Positions 13,351-28,887 of a stretch of 64,000 nt of DNA are shown here, in pieces. Source of the DNA: Octopus sinensis (Eukaryota). Under the pieces are notes generated by a model. It saw nothing but the letters and a program-made list of their open reading frames with translations. It was not told where the DNA came from and made no database searches. The stretch covers positions 46,376,001 to 46,440,000 of the forward strand of contig NC_043002.1 of assembly GCF_006345805.1 (NCBI RefSeq), read 5' to 3'. A program made the position numbers and the translations under genes. How positions within the stretch are numbered: the stretch's first letter is position 1; each line of letters opens with the position of its first letter.

Positions 13351-14560
13351 ACTAGCTGGTGTACCTGGTAATTCCCGGGGGTAAAGATGTCCTATTGAAA
13401 CCACTTATTACTCTGATATAAGAAAGCAATTTCGTTATAACTGCCACAAAAGGTGTATTTTCCACCACGAAAAAATACAAAAATCTGTCAGCTGAAGGAG
13501 GGAGAGATTGTTGGGGGTTGGCGAGAGAGGTTTGCAGAGGTTGGTGAGAAAGATTGTTGGAGGTTCGTGAGAGAGGTTGTCGGAAGTTCGTGAGAGGCAA
13601 AGGCATTATTCTGCATAGCGAAGGCATCTGGGAAATGTATAACTGTTGTCATTCTCAGAAAAACTATTGTTTTATTGTGAGAAAAGCGCTGTTGAAGTAT
13701 TAAGTGAAATTTGGCAATTGAGGATCGAATCCACGCTATGCCGGCATGAAGCCACTATGAATACATTGTGGAATAAAAAATTTATCTATTGTCATTTTAC
13801 CCCACCTCCTTCTAATTCCAAAACTTAATACTAACCAAAATAAGTTGCCAACTAGAAATTGCAAGCATTTAAAAAATTTGGGATGACAACACACCCCATG
13901 AAACAAACGAAAGGTTAAAGAAGGTGAGGATAATGGAAATCAACTAAAGAGACAAAGATGTACAGCATGAACTACACACAGTAGCTTGTCTTATCTGTTG
14001 TGACTGCAATAAAAGCTGCCGCTCTCCAATAAGCCTAGAGTCATTGCATACGATGTGCCAACGTAATGAGGGCATAAAATAAGAGAGGAGAGAAAGTGAG
14101 GGGAGGGAGAGATAGAGGAAAGATGAAATTTTCATCCCATCGTCTGCTAAAAAACTTCGTTTTTGTTTTCGTTATCAGAATATTCTTCTTAATGGTTTCC
14201 TGCTTTATTATTCAAATCTCGTTGGAAGATCGTTGACGTGAAACTCAGTCACCAGATTTGAAGTTTCAGTTGTAATAAATATATTTTGACACTCTGCTTC
14301 CAGCATCAAGTAATCTTTTTACTTTGTGTTCCTGATGAAGTTTACTTTCATCTGTTTCTACACACACAAGCATATGTGCACCCATATCTCAGCTTCAGTC
14401 AATTTATCCGACTTTACGTCGGTCTCAGTGAACATATTTAAAACGCATAATTTTTTTTTATTTAACCCCCCCCCACCAAGTGGAATACCAAATCAAATAC
14501 ATGTGAAAATATGTACAAGCGATTTATTAAAACAAGCATAAGCTAATTTTGTGTGTGTGT
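13351..14560 (+). mobile_element. Possible non-autonomous Helitron/HINE-like element
   Basis: Starts ACTAGCTG...ACCTGG...CCCGGG in a TA context; internal minisatellite; (TG)n near the end; right boundary uncertain. Confidence 0.4.
13500..13600. repeat. ~23-bp minisatellite, ~4 copies
   Basis: gagagattgttgggggttggc / gagagaggtttgcagaggttggt / gagaaagattgttggaggttcgt / gagagaggttgtcggaagttcgt. Confidence 0.8.
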
Positions 14561-14587
14561 GTGTGTGTTACATCGTTTTTCGAGTTT

Positions 14588-15008
14588 GGGATCTTTTCGG
14601 TTTGAACGGCAGTTTTTAACATAATTTCTAGGTAACTAAAAAATTTTAAACTTCGTATACTGGTAGAATGTGTTTATAAAACATCTTTTTCTCTTGGCTT
14701 TATTGAGAAAATTCTATGGTTTGTAAGATATTTGTTATTGGTTTTCTTCAATTTCTGCAATTTCAACCAATCACTGACGTCCATTGAGGTAAAAAAAACA
14801 TTCTGTGCCATATGAATATGTCCCTCGTTTAAGAAACAGATTGGGTTTATTTACATTTGTGAAGAAAAAAAGATACCCTTCCTCACACCTCTAACCATAA
14901 CCCTAAAATAGATTGAAATGCAATAGATCGATACTAGGGTCATAATTATGGGTGACAATTTCATATGACACCGCTAGAAAAAACTGCCGTCCAAACCGAA
15001 AAGATCCC
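14588..15008. mobile_element. MITE with ~30-bp TIRs
   Basis: gggatcttttcggtttgaacggcagttttt ... aaaaactgccgtccaaaccgaaaagatccc. Confidence 0.9.
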
Positions 15009-16207
15009 TAATTACTGGCCCAAACTGAGATATGTCTATGTATATATATATATGTGTGATGTGGTGTGTGTGTGTGTGCGTGCGCGCGCGCGCTGAATTT
15101 GAGCCGACATATTTCCGTATTATTTACAATGCCATACATTTAACTTATTGAACATGCTAGTCAGGAAGATATCCCTATGTACTCTTCATAAAACAAAAGA
15201 AAACAGATCTCTATAGTGGTTTGTTGTAAAGCCGGATGTGCAACTAAAATAGAAACTAGATTTTTTTTTTACCATTGGGTATTTTGGAAAACACATGAAT
15301 GTGATTATTGTCATACTTTCTGTATTTGGTTTTACATCCTGTTGTCTCTAAAAACAATAGTTTGCTATCAGCTTTACTGGCGAATATGTCGATGGCTTGA
15401 AATATGGTGAATTGATTTGGATGGCAAATATACTATAGGATTACTTTTAGTAATACTGATTATGAAGTTGGCACAAAGCCACAAGTTTGTTGAGAAAAAA
15501 ATGGAACAGTCGTTTAACTGGATCCTAATATATTACTGGTGCTTATTTTATCGACCCAATACGACAAAAGGCAAATGTTTTAATGTTTTAATAATTAAAT
15601 ATACTTTCACCAACAAAGCTATTTGATTATCATTTGGATAGTTGTATACCGCTACTAATATATATTTAATCCGGATAAAACTAAATTCTATGACATATTT
15701 GTTGTTCTACCATCTCAGGATGAAATTAAACGTTATATGTTGTGTCGAATTCAGAACTGTGACAAAATACTATGCGGCATCTAGTTAGACACTCTACTGA
15801 TTCTGCCAACTTTCAGTAATATTGATTACTTTTATTGTGAGCATGTCCTAAAATTTATAGAAAGGCAAATAAGATTGTGATGTTTGAGCATTAGTGGTGC
15901 AACTTAAGTAAAATTGGGCGAAGATAAAAAAATACGGACACTTGATGTTTATAGTTAGGGGCTAGGGTTTTACCCAACAGATTATCAAAAATTCTAAAAA
16001 ATATAGAAATTGTTGTTAACCCTTAACGTTTAAAGATGCAAGTTGTTAAATATGACATTTTGATATACACGATATTTCTTTCAGCAATAATCATTAGTTT
16101 CAGTTGCATACAAAATATTAAGGCAAAAATTATGTGTGCAAAGTCTCTCTGAAATCTTTTTTTTTTTTTTTCTATGTTTTGAAGGCAAGTAATCTTGAAG
16201 AAAATTA

Positions 16208-16493
16208 GGTACTACTTAAGAAGAGTGGTCCCGGTGCGCGCATCCGCGCTAGCTAGTCGTGACTAGTCGATCCTTTGTGTTTTTGTGTTTTATTTACTTT
16301 GTTTTAAAAATTATTTACTTTGTTTTTGTTTTATTTACTTTGTTTAAAAAAATTAATTACTTTGTGTAAAAAAAATTATTTATATTGTGTTTTATTTACT
16401 TTGCTAGGTACTCGTTGTAGGATCGACTAGTCACGACTAGCTAACGCGAATACGCGAGTGCGCGCACCGGGACCACTCTTCATAAGTAGTACC
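16208..16493. mobile_element. MITE with ~65-bp TIRs, 8-bp TSD and internal tandem repeat (Merlin- or hAT-type)
   Basis: GGTACTACTT...CCGGTGCGCGCA...GACTAGTCGATCCT and its inverse; GAAAATTA at both 16200-16207 and 16494-16501; internal (TTTTATTTACTTTG)-like units. Confidence 0.9.
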
Positions 16494-16519
16494 GAAAATT
16501 ATTTATTACAACTATTGTC

Positions 16520-17271
16520 GAAACGGCCTACCTACATAAGCGTGCCCTCCTCCGATTTTGTTGCTTTATAACTTTCATAAAAAAAATGTTTAGTGAAATT
16601 TTCTAGAAATACGCGTCACATGGTATACATTCTGATTATATCGGAATTCGTTGTGAATAACTTTTTTCGAGAATAGGGTAAAGAGTTTGGGAAAATTCAC
16701 ATGAGATGGTTTTGCTTCCGCATAACTTTCAGAAAAATAGGCTTTCTTTAGTAAAATTTTCCATAAATACCTTTCAGATGGTGTAGGTTACGATGACACC
16801 TATCAAATGGTGCAGATTACGGAAGTTAAAATGAAAAAAGAAAAAGAAAAAGAAAGAAAGAATAAAACTAGTGGCCACGCACACATACTAACACTCATCA
16901 CATGCGAAATTTCAAGTTTCATTTTGTAAGATATATGTGAGGTATGTGCGTCCAATAATTTTTTTTTTTTTTCGCATTAAATTCTGATATAATAGTAATC
17001 TACACATTCTGAAAGCTACTTGTAGAAAATTTCATTAAAAAATACCCCTTTTTTTTAAAAAAAAAAGTTACCAGTAACCAAAGCCGGTTCGTGTGAATTT
17101 TCCAAAACTCCTCTCCCCATCTTTGGATAAAACATTGTTCACAACGAATTCCGATATAATCTACATCATTCGAAGTGTATTTGTAGAAAATTACGTTAAA
17201 AATATCCATTTTTCTGAGAGCTACGAGGAAACAAAGTTGGAGCTGGGGTACACTTGTGTAGGTATGCCGTC
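16520..17271. mobile_element. Non-autonomous TIR DNA transposon
   Basis: acggcctacctacataagcg vs reverse complement acggcatacctacacaagtg (17/20); TATTGTC repeated on both flanks. Confidence 0.65.
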
Positions 17272-17589
17272 TATTGTCCTGACTTTTGTTATGCGGAAAA
17301 TAGATTTCGCTTGGAAGACTTACTGCTTCATGGTGGACTAAGAGTTCACTGTCTCATTTTTGTGAGTTCAGTTCATACCAGAATCGACTTGGGAATTTTC
17401 ATATATATATATATATATATATATAAAATTGTTATGGAGCCCTTGCAGATTTCCGATGGCTCCATAACTACCGTCTCAGCTATAACCTTGGAGACCTAGA
17501 AATCCGTTACAGCACTTACGTAGCGTACCTAATCGTTTAGATCACTTGTGAACTAGATCCCCATACTTTGTATGTATGTATGTATATTC

Positions 17590-18830
17590 CCGCTGCCGGC
17601 TTTGCTCGCCTTATGGATTAGCACGAGTGCCTGTTGGCACTCCTTTTGCCATTCAGTCGGGTTGCGTCTTTTAATGAAGTTGGGTTTGAGTTCCTCCAAG
17701 GAGGCCAATCTCAGAAAGAATTTCTTCGTCAGCCAATTCCACACCTGGCACCCTCCAGATAAAGTCAGAGGTGCCTTAGCCTCAGCTCATGTATGCACAT
17801 CATCAGCCAAGGTATCCCTAAGCCACTCTTTAGCGGTTCTTGTCAGCAAACAGAGCGCCTCACAAGCGGTTTTCTCTCCCTCCACAAAAAGCGCAAGAGA
17901 AGGCGTCCCAACTTGTTTAGCCACAAATCAGAGCAAGGGAAAACGGTCAGACGGTAAGTGATAACAGATGCAATATACACCTGCACCACCTCCGCCCTCC
18001 CGTTCAGGGATAGCGCCCTTCCAGACCAGGTCCAGATGAGGCCATCTACCCTATCTGCCACTTCACTCCAGTTCTCCGTCTGGGAATCCGGTCCAAACTA
18101 AACTCCAAGCAACTTAACAGGACCTTCCGTCCAGTGCCCTATGACACTGGACATTATCGTATTGCCACTCCAGGTGCCGAGCCGCAAGCCAATGGACTTG
18201 GCCTTGTTAATTTTTGCCCCTGCCACTGTCTCGTATCCTTTGGTCGCATCTTCTACATAAAGTAGCTGAGCTTCATCGGACACGGTGATGGTGACGTCAT
18301 CCGCATATGCAGAAACAGACTTACCCCATCCCAATTCATTGGGGATGCTCCCCAAACTCTCCAACCTCCACAGCAATGGCTCAAGAGCCAGTACATACAA
18401 AAGCAGAGACAGAGGGCAACCCTGATGAACCGAGTGCTCGATCCTAAACGGCACCGATAGGTAACTGATTATCTGGACTGTGAATTTGATGCCGCCATAA
18501 ATGGCGTTGATCCAACCACGGAAGTCCGAGACTAGCCCAGCCGCCAGGTACTGGTGGTCTACCCTATCAAAAGCTTTACTCTGGATTAAATGGACCAGAG
18601 CCCTAACTTTACCGGATAACTTACCCACCCTCTCTAAGGTGTAACGTAGGAGATGGAGATTGTCCTGGATTGACCTACCTGGGATGGCGCATGTCTGCGC
18701 CCTCTCAACAAGTCTCTCCGCGACATGCGCCAGCAAGTGTCCGAACGAGTCCGGCATGCTACAATAAAATTCGTAGGGCAGACCATCCAGCCCCGGTGAT
18801 TTGTCCCTAGAGCACTCAGCCAGCACCTCT
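17590..18830 (-). mobile_element. Truncated, decayed L1/Tx1-clade LINE RT fragment
   Basis: [13 protein letters not shown]...SKAFDRVDH...HQGCPLS...YADDVT; clearly paralogous to ORF2 at 28888-32221. Confidence 0.92.
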
Positions 18831-18831
18831 T

Positions 18832-22134
<3,303 letters not shown>

Positions 22135-22643
22135 CCGTAATTCCTCGAGTATAGTCCGCCCTTGAGTATAATACGCTGGAGATTTTTAGGGGCCTGTACC
22201 GCTGAAAACGCTAACCTTGTGTATAATACGCACCCCTTCTCTAACTTGAGTCAAGGAGGTCTATATAACGTCCTTGGTTTGTAAAAATGTACACGGTAAC
22301 GTCCTTTATTATTATTGTATATATAACATAATGCAAACGTGTAGCTTTTTTGTGCATTTTGTTTGCAGAAAATAAAGAAATAATAGCAATAACGTTTAAT
22401 AAATGTTGCTTACTGCAAGTTATGGATGATTTTTTTATGACTTCATTGCTTTCAGGCTTAGCTTAAGGTATTTTCGCCCCCGACATCACAAAATGCATCT
22501 GAATAAACAATGCCGGGCAGCAAATAGAGACTCGGACATTGCTTAGAAAATATTTTTCATTTTTAACTTCGTATATAGTACGCATTAGGGATTTTGGCCT
22601 TTACATTTTGGGGGGAAAATGCGGATTATACTCGAGGATTTAC

Positions 22644-22645
<2 letters not shown>
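22135..22645. mobile_element. Tc1/mariner-pogo type MITE, TA TSD
   Basis: TA|ccgtaattcctcgagtatagtccgc ... gcggattatactcgaggatttacgg|TA. Confidence 0.9.
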
Positions 22646-22674
<29 letters not shown>

Positions 22675-22934
22675 AAGTATCGTCCACTTAATGTGTATAT
22701 ACACACATTTTTTGACATATATTTTCGACCGAGACGTTACAACCGCATCTGATTCTTCGAGTGCTTCAATTCTGTGTATATGCATATATTTACTCGATTG
22801 CTAACCTTTATCAATGGTTTCTTTCATTCTTTTGATAATGCCATCTTCTATCATTAATAAAGCAGTCGGCATTTTTGACGTCACGGGTATGCTAGCATAT
22901 ATATTATTTAACTGACACCGGTCTCTTTCTCTCC

Positions 22935-22982
<48 letters not shown>

Positions 22983-23509
22983 CAAATGAGGTCTTTTTCT
23001 GTCATATGATTAATAATCTTTCTCTTCCTCTTTCACTTTCCCTCTGCACTTAACTATCTCATTTTTCTTGTGTTAGTTCAACTCTGCACTTCTTTCGCCT
23101 AGTCTACTTCTCACACTATGAATCCGGTATTGTTCAACAACATGTACCAAGCGCTAACCGCCAGTCATGACAACACAATTGTAGTACACATGCTGTTTCA
23201 ATAACACTGAATAGGGATCTTTTCTGTTTATCTTTCACTTTTCAATTAATTTAATTTTGTTCTAATTCATTTCAAATTTGGTGTATCGTTGTAGTTTTAT
23301 ATGCTAATTATAGAAATGAAATTAATTTTTTTTGCCATAAATTGATAAATAAAAAGTTAAAAGCTTTTTAAAATTTGGAAATTTTGGGTAATTTTAGCCA
23401 ACCGTAAGCCACAGGCACATTGAATGGTCCTGCTTCCAGAGTAACAAGCCAAGCTCTTATCTGCTTAAAGTTATCTGTACCTATATACTGAACATTCGTT
23501 TTTAGAATT

Positions 23510-23560
23510 TAACCCTAAACCTTAATTCTAACCCTAAACGCTAACTCTAAACCCTAATTC
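23510..23560. repeat. Degenerate (AACCCT)n telomere-like tract inside an unclassified repeat
   Basis: aaccctaaaccttaattctaaccctaaacgctaactctaaaccctaa. Confidence 0.6.
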
Positions 23561-24164
23561 CAAGCTTACGCGTATTTGGGGCTTTCTTTGTGGGGGGGGG
23601 GGGTTGTACCAGTCGATTGTCGCCGGAGAAAATGCTGTTATAAACAAATGATCGCTGCATTATCAACTATGTTTACCTTACATGTCTTTTTCTTCGTCAG
23701 AGTAACTTCCAAAATTTCGGTGTCTATTTCTGTTTCATGGAACACAGAGGTTAATACCTATCAAAAGAATCTATTCGAAACATTTCCATCCATACACTAT
23801 ACTGTAAACTTTCTTGGTAGGGAGTTTGGTGTAATATCAAAATGAAGATTTTAATATCTACGCCCTAGCTAAGCGAACACACACATGTACCATATAGGCG
23901 TGTTTGACCATGGAAAACGAAAACAAATAAAAAATCATCTACATTTTTTTTAGACCTTTGTCTATTATACCACTGAGGGGAATTTTGCTTTCATCCTTCC
24001 GTGGTCAATAAAGCAAAGTACCAGTCATATACTAGATCAATGTGATCAACTAAATCTTTGCCCTCAAATTTCTGGCTTTGTGCCTGTAGTAGAAACAATT
24101 ATTACAGTTTTCAGTCTTCAAACGGCTTAAGCAGATAGTGAACCAGGAAAGCATCACAATATTT

Positions 24165-25550
24165 ATTTATTTATTTATTTTACTTGCTGAGTCTGGCGGT
24201 CGGGGCAGCGCCCCTGTCTTTGCATGCTCTCCAAGACCGATCAGTGTGATATTAACGTTACGTTTAAATAAACTGTTGCAGTTCAACATCTGTAGGAAAG
24301 ACATGAACAGGGAGAAGCTTCCAGAAGATCGATGTTCAGAGAAGGATACTTGTTAATGCAGAATCGGAAGGGTTGGTCTCAACAAGAGTGCACCGCCGAG
24401 TAAGTCAGGGGTACCTGAGTGATGGGAGGTATGAGACCAGCTATTTCGGAGGGACAGAGACCATTAAGGTAGGGATAGAAGAAACAAAGACAGTGGATAG
24501 TATGTCTGTGGACCAGTGATTTAATGTCATTCAATCGAGTGGCCATTCTCTGGATGCTGTCCAGGATGCCCATGTGCGTAGTAGTAGCAGTAGCAGCAGC
24601 ACCATCCCAGATATTAGACCAGTGCTCCATTGTGGACTCGACTGAGCTTTGAAGAGTGTCACAACTGAAATATTTTCTGACCCTGAGGAGAAAAGCCAGT
24701 TTTTGAGATGCGCTTCTAAGCTCACGCCTGCTGAGATCCTCAGTGATAGTGAGGCACTGTGTTTGGAGCACCTGTGATGCTATAACAGAATGGTTACTCA
24801 TGTTTAGGGGCGGGGATATTTTTCTTGGTATGAATTTTGTTTCTTTTAAAAAAGCCATGAATCACATGGCCCCACTGAAGGATGTTCTCTGGAAGATGCA
24901 TGGAATTGATGCAAACATGGCACGTGAAGTCTAGGTTACGTGTAGATGATGCATGATTGGGGAAGGTTAGGGGTCTGCAATGGAGTACTCCCACTACTGA
25001 GACGGTTCCACTGTTACACACATGGATATCCTGGACCGCATCCAGAAAAGAGCCTTTCGATCGATTAGCATTACATTTGCAGAAGATTGGGCATTATTGG
25101 AATGTGGCGGCAAACAGTTCATTGATGTGAAGAAGGACGTGAGGGACAAAATCGAAATCTGGAGTACACCAGAACTGATTTAGATCAGATAGAAACAACT
25201 CTGTCAACACATGCCGCAACGTTATGATCTAATTGGAGGCTACCGATCTGAGACATGAGAAATTATTGGAACTCAAGGCAGGACGTTTTGATAGTAGATT
25301 CGCATATTAGATACGGTAGAAAGATTTACTGATGTCTAGGGCAGCAACAACATTGCTTTCACTGAACTTCTTTAGAGCAAGAACCTACTGGTGAGTGACA
25401 TAAGAGTATGTTCTCGTGAATCTGACCCTACAGAAGTCGTATGGGTGTTCTCAAGGGGGAAAAGAGAGAGAGTGAGTGAGAGGATGTTCAAGAGCATCGT
25501 TATTAATGGTTTTCTTAGGGCGGGAAGCTGGCAGAATCGTTGGCACACTG
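24165..25550 (-). mobile_element. Decayed CR1/L2-like LINE, 3' part, with deletions
   Basis: ALDISKSFYRI (25300s); STMEHWSNIWDG...ILDSIQR...SLVHRHTIHCLCFFYPY (ORF 24379-24858); (TAAA)n tail at ~24165-24185. Confidence 0.8.
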
Positions 25551-25890
25551 ATCAAAATGTTTAGCAGAATTTCTTCCGCCGAGGCCGACTTTGTCTTTCA
25601 ACTTCCGACGTCGATAAAATAAGTACCAGTTGAGTACTGGGGTCGATGTAATCAACTTACTCCCTCTCTCGAATGATTTGAAATGGTTGTCTTAGGGCGA
25701 CAAGCTTGGCAGGATCGTTAGCACGCCGAATAAAATGCTGAACGGAATTTCTTTCGCTGAGGCTGACTTTGCCTTTCATCTTCAGACGTCGATAAAATAA
25801 GTACCAGTTGAGCTCTGGAGTCGATGTAAGCAACATGCCCACCCCTACCAATTACTGGCCTTGTACTAAAAATTAGAAAGAATTATTAAT
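25520..25890 (+). mobile_element. Two adjacent SINE family B copies
   Basis: gctggcagaatcgtt...gccgaggccgactttg...gtcgataaaataagtaccagttgag occurs twice. Confidence 0.85.
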
Positions 25891-26032
25891 GGCTGTTTCC
25901 ATTACCTTGTGTGAATGCAATAGGACGATAACACTGTGTAACAAAATTTATATTTACTTTTTTTTATTTTATGGTTTGGTCAGTAAGTGTTATTTTGTAT
26001 TTTCTTCTATCTAGAAATCAAAGAAAATGACT

Positions 26033-26330
26033 ACTATTGTCTTCAAACTTTGCTATTCTGACCTGGACATCAATGTTTTGAAACTAACTTATTTTCCATT
26101 ACATTTCTGATAGATTCAGCGCTGAGTTGCTGAAGCAGAATTTTCTAGAACTTTCTAGAAATTTCAAGAACTTTTTAAAAGTTTCAAGAATTTCTAGAAC
26201 GTTCTGGTAGCATAGATAGCAGTATGAATAGAGGGATCATAAGCTCGACAGTTCAGTTTACTTCTAGTTGTCCATTCTTTGGAGTTTGAATAAATATCGC
26301 AACAAAAGCAAAGTTTGAAGTGAATATTGG
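26033..26330. mobile_element. Probable MITE
   Basis: Inverted repeat cttcaaactttgct (26041) / agcaaagtttgaag (~26308). Confidence 0.5.
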
Positions 26331-26409
26331 CCATTTTTCATAATTTCTAGGGGTAAGCAAATAGGAAATGACAGTTGCTACCCAAGGACAAAACTCAGGT
26401 TATACAATG

Positions 26410-26560
26410 TTATTAATAGCTGTCTGCATTACCTTAGTGGAATGAAATAGGACGATAATTAGCTGAACTAGTAGGGTTGCCTTTCTTTTGAATGGAATAC
26501 GTTGAAATATATTTCCAAATGTCAGTTATAGCTTCGTATAGAGTGAGAAAGAAAAGGTAA
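26410..26560 (-). mobile_element. LINE RT fragment
   Basis: KKGNPTSSANYRPISF; ~50 nt of it is also present at ~25890-25945. Confidence 0.6.
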
Positions 26561-27729
26561 AAAGTCAATTTGGCAAATATTCTAAGCTTAGTAACTGACA
26601 ATAAAAGACTTGTATACCGTGGCAACACAATTTATATGGCAATGGACGTATGTGAAAAAAATCACGTTTACTGTAAATGTGAAAATTAGAATTATTTACT
26701 TTATCAGATAAGGTGTTTGCCAGGTTAAAAAACCAGTAATAATGTTTACTTTTGCAGAAAAGTGAAAGTGATTTGATGTGCAAAAAGTGAAAGTTTTATG
26801 AAATTTATTGAATACAAATTGTAAACAGTTATAATATTTTAAAATAATTGTTCAAAGCTATTATTAAGAAGGCCAATTATGTCATATAAACTCGATTAAA
26901 TGTAACAATCTAATTTATCTCATTTATTTATTTATTTATTTTGGCATAATTCCGCTGCGATTCAACATGGAATTTCAATGAATTTCAGGGAATGAATGAA
27001 CGCCATGTGTTGAACACCAATTTGTTTGACTATCTCGTGTGACGCCCAAAGATCGTTCACAGCTATTGTTCAACATAATGTTTCCATGCATTTAAACACT
27101 GTTGTTACACATATTATATCATCCAAAGAAATCACAAAATACCTCCTAGAACCAACTTCAAGACCTCCAGTTGTTAACCATTCTCTCTTCCATTAACATT
27201 CAATGCATTTAGCTTGTTGATGGCTATGGTTTGTTCACGTTAATAATGGATGTAATCAAAATATTTGGCGGATCCAACTACAAACATGGCATCATTTAAT
27301 AATTTTTCTTTCTTTTTTGTTACTTTTTTTAAAGATAGGATGAAGGTAGTGAATTGGCAAAGTGTTGAACAGAATATCACGCAGTATTTGTCCCGGCTTT
27401 TTGAGCTCTGACTTAAAATCCAGTTGAAGTCATCTTTGTCTTTGTGTCATTAAAAAAGTACCAAACCAGGATGGTGGATTGGATTGATGGAACAGTCAGA
27501 AAGTCGGGCGAATTGCCTCGCAGTATCTATTCTGGCTCTTTGCGTTCTGACAGCAACGCCTGCTACGATACAGGTACCAAACTGCATTAGAAGCCGGAGG
27601 ATTCTCCCTTGGAAAAACTTGTGTGCATGTAGGAGGAAAGGTTTAGCCTTATTGAATCAGCTCTACACAAAACTGATATTTATTTTATTGATTCAGGAAG
27701 GATAAACTATATAGTTTTGACCACCGATT

Positions 27730-28616
27730 ACACTTGAAATCGAAACAAAAAGGGAATTTCAAAGAAATTAATAGAAGCTCCATATTCTTTATGGCAATTA
27801 CTTGTTCTTCCTTTTTTCTCCCCTTCCTCTCAGGCAAGTCAAATACTATCTCGGTAATAAACAAATTACGGCTACCTCCTACCACAGAGATCAAAACATC
27901 TCGTATAATATACAAACGCAAGTGAAATTGATATTCGAAAACGAGAATGATTTTCTTCAGAAATCGATGAATCCATTAATACTAACTACGTCCACTACTA
28001 ATTGGTAATTTTTGTTAGTACGTTGTTTTTCTTACATGAGAATGAATACAGAAAATACTACTTTTAAAATCCATACTACAGTTGAATTAATTCCAGCAAA
28101 TGAGATAAGCTTTCAGTTGTGTATTCCAAACTAAAGAGCGGCAACACATTCAAGTCCTGCCACCCGTTGCTCAATTGCACTCGCAACTAACACCTCAAAT
28201 GTGATTAAGACAGCTGTAAATAATGATTTCTAATAGAATATTCACACCTCAAAAACAATCAGTATAAGATTTGTAAAGTCAAGTTTGTCATTGAGAACTT
28301 TGCCGAAAATGTAGTTGTTGTTTTAACATTAATATCATTGACTAGCTCTCTTCCTATATTACCTAGCTCGTCTTTGAAAAAGAACTATGGTCTGTCTTGT
28401 CCAATGTAATACCGTAAATAGGTAGATGCTGACAGATTTCGCTTGTATCCTACTCCCTGCCGAAGAAATAATGTAACAGATCTCAACCTGAAAGTTGAAA
28501 ATCGGGACTCTTTATTTTCAATATGCAAAAACCCGGATTTTGTCTTCAAATATATTGTCTATAAAGAGATTTTTTTTCCGAGACAGCTACTGCAACGAAG
28601 ATATTTTCACGTTTGA
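27730..28616 (-). mobile_element. Possible very old LINE RT remnant
   Basis: Only weak motif echoes (EENHSRFR ~ ENQ.GFR; VAVICL..IVFD ~ FLDLSKAFD). Confidence 0.25.
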
Positions 28617-28887
28617 GTGTACATGAACGAATTTATTTCTTTATTACCCACAAGGGGCCAACGAAGAATGGGACAATACATCATGATTTGGGGTCATGAG
28701 ACACAAATGGTATTTACAGAAAAATGAACTTTTTTTTTTTTTTTTAAATTACACAAAATCGGATAAATCGAATGATACACAACAACAACACAACATAAAG
28801 GGAACACATGAAGTGGGAACACCAGGATTGCCGACCCCACGAGCCCTGCTATTCCCACCGAAACTCGGCAGCCAACCTACAGCATGT

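Noticed and set aside
15417-15626. ORF with a signal-peptide-like start (MDGKYTIGLLLVILIMK)
   Set aside because: It starts at TTG rather than ATG and has no recognisable domain.
17428-17472. Perfect 11-bp inverted repeat GTTATGGAGCC/GGCTCCATAAC
   Set aside because: It is a single short hairpin with no supporting element boundaries, so I cannot assign a function.
25888-26460. ~50-bp direct repeats flanking 470 bp, read as LTRs or a TSD
   Set aside because: They are diverged copies of a LINE RT fragment (NYRPISF), with no TG...CA ends, PBS or PPT.
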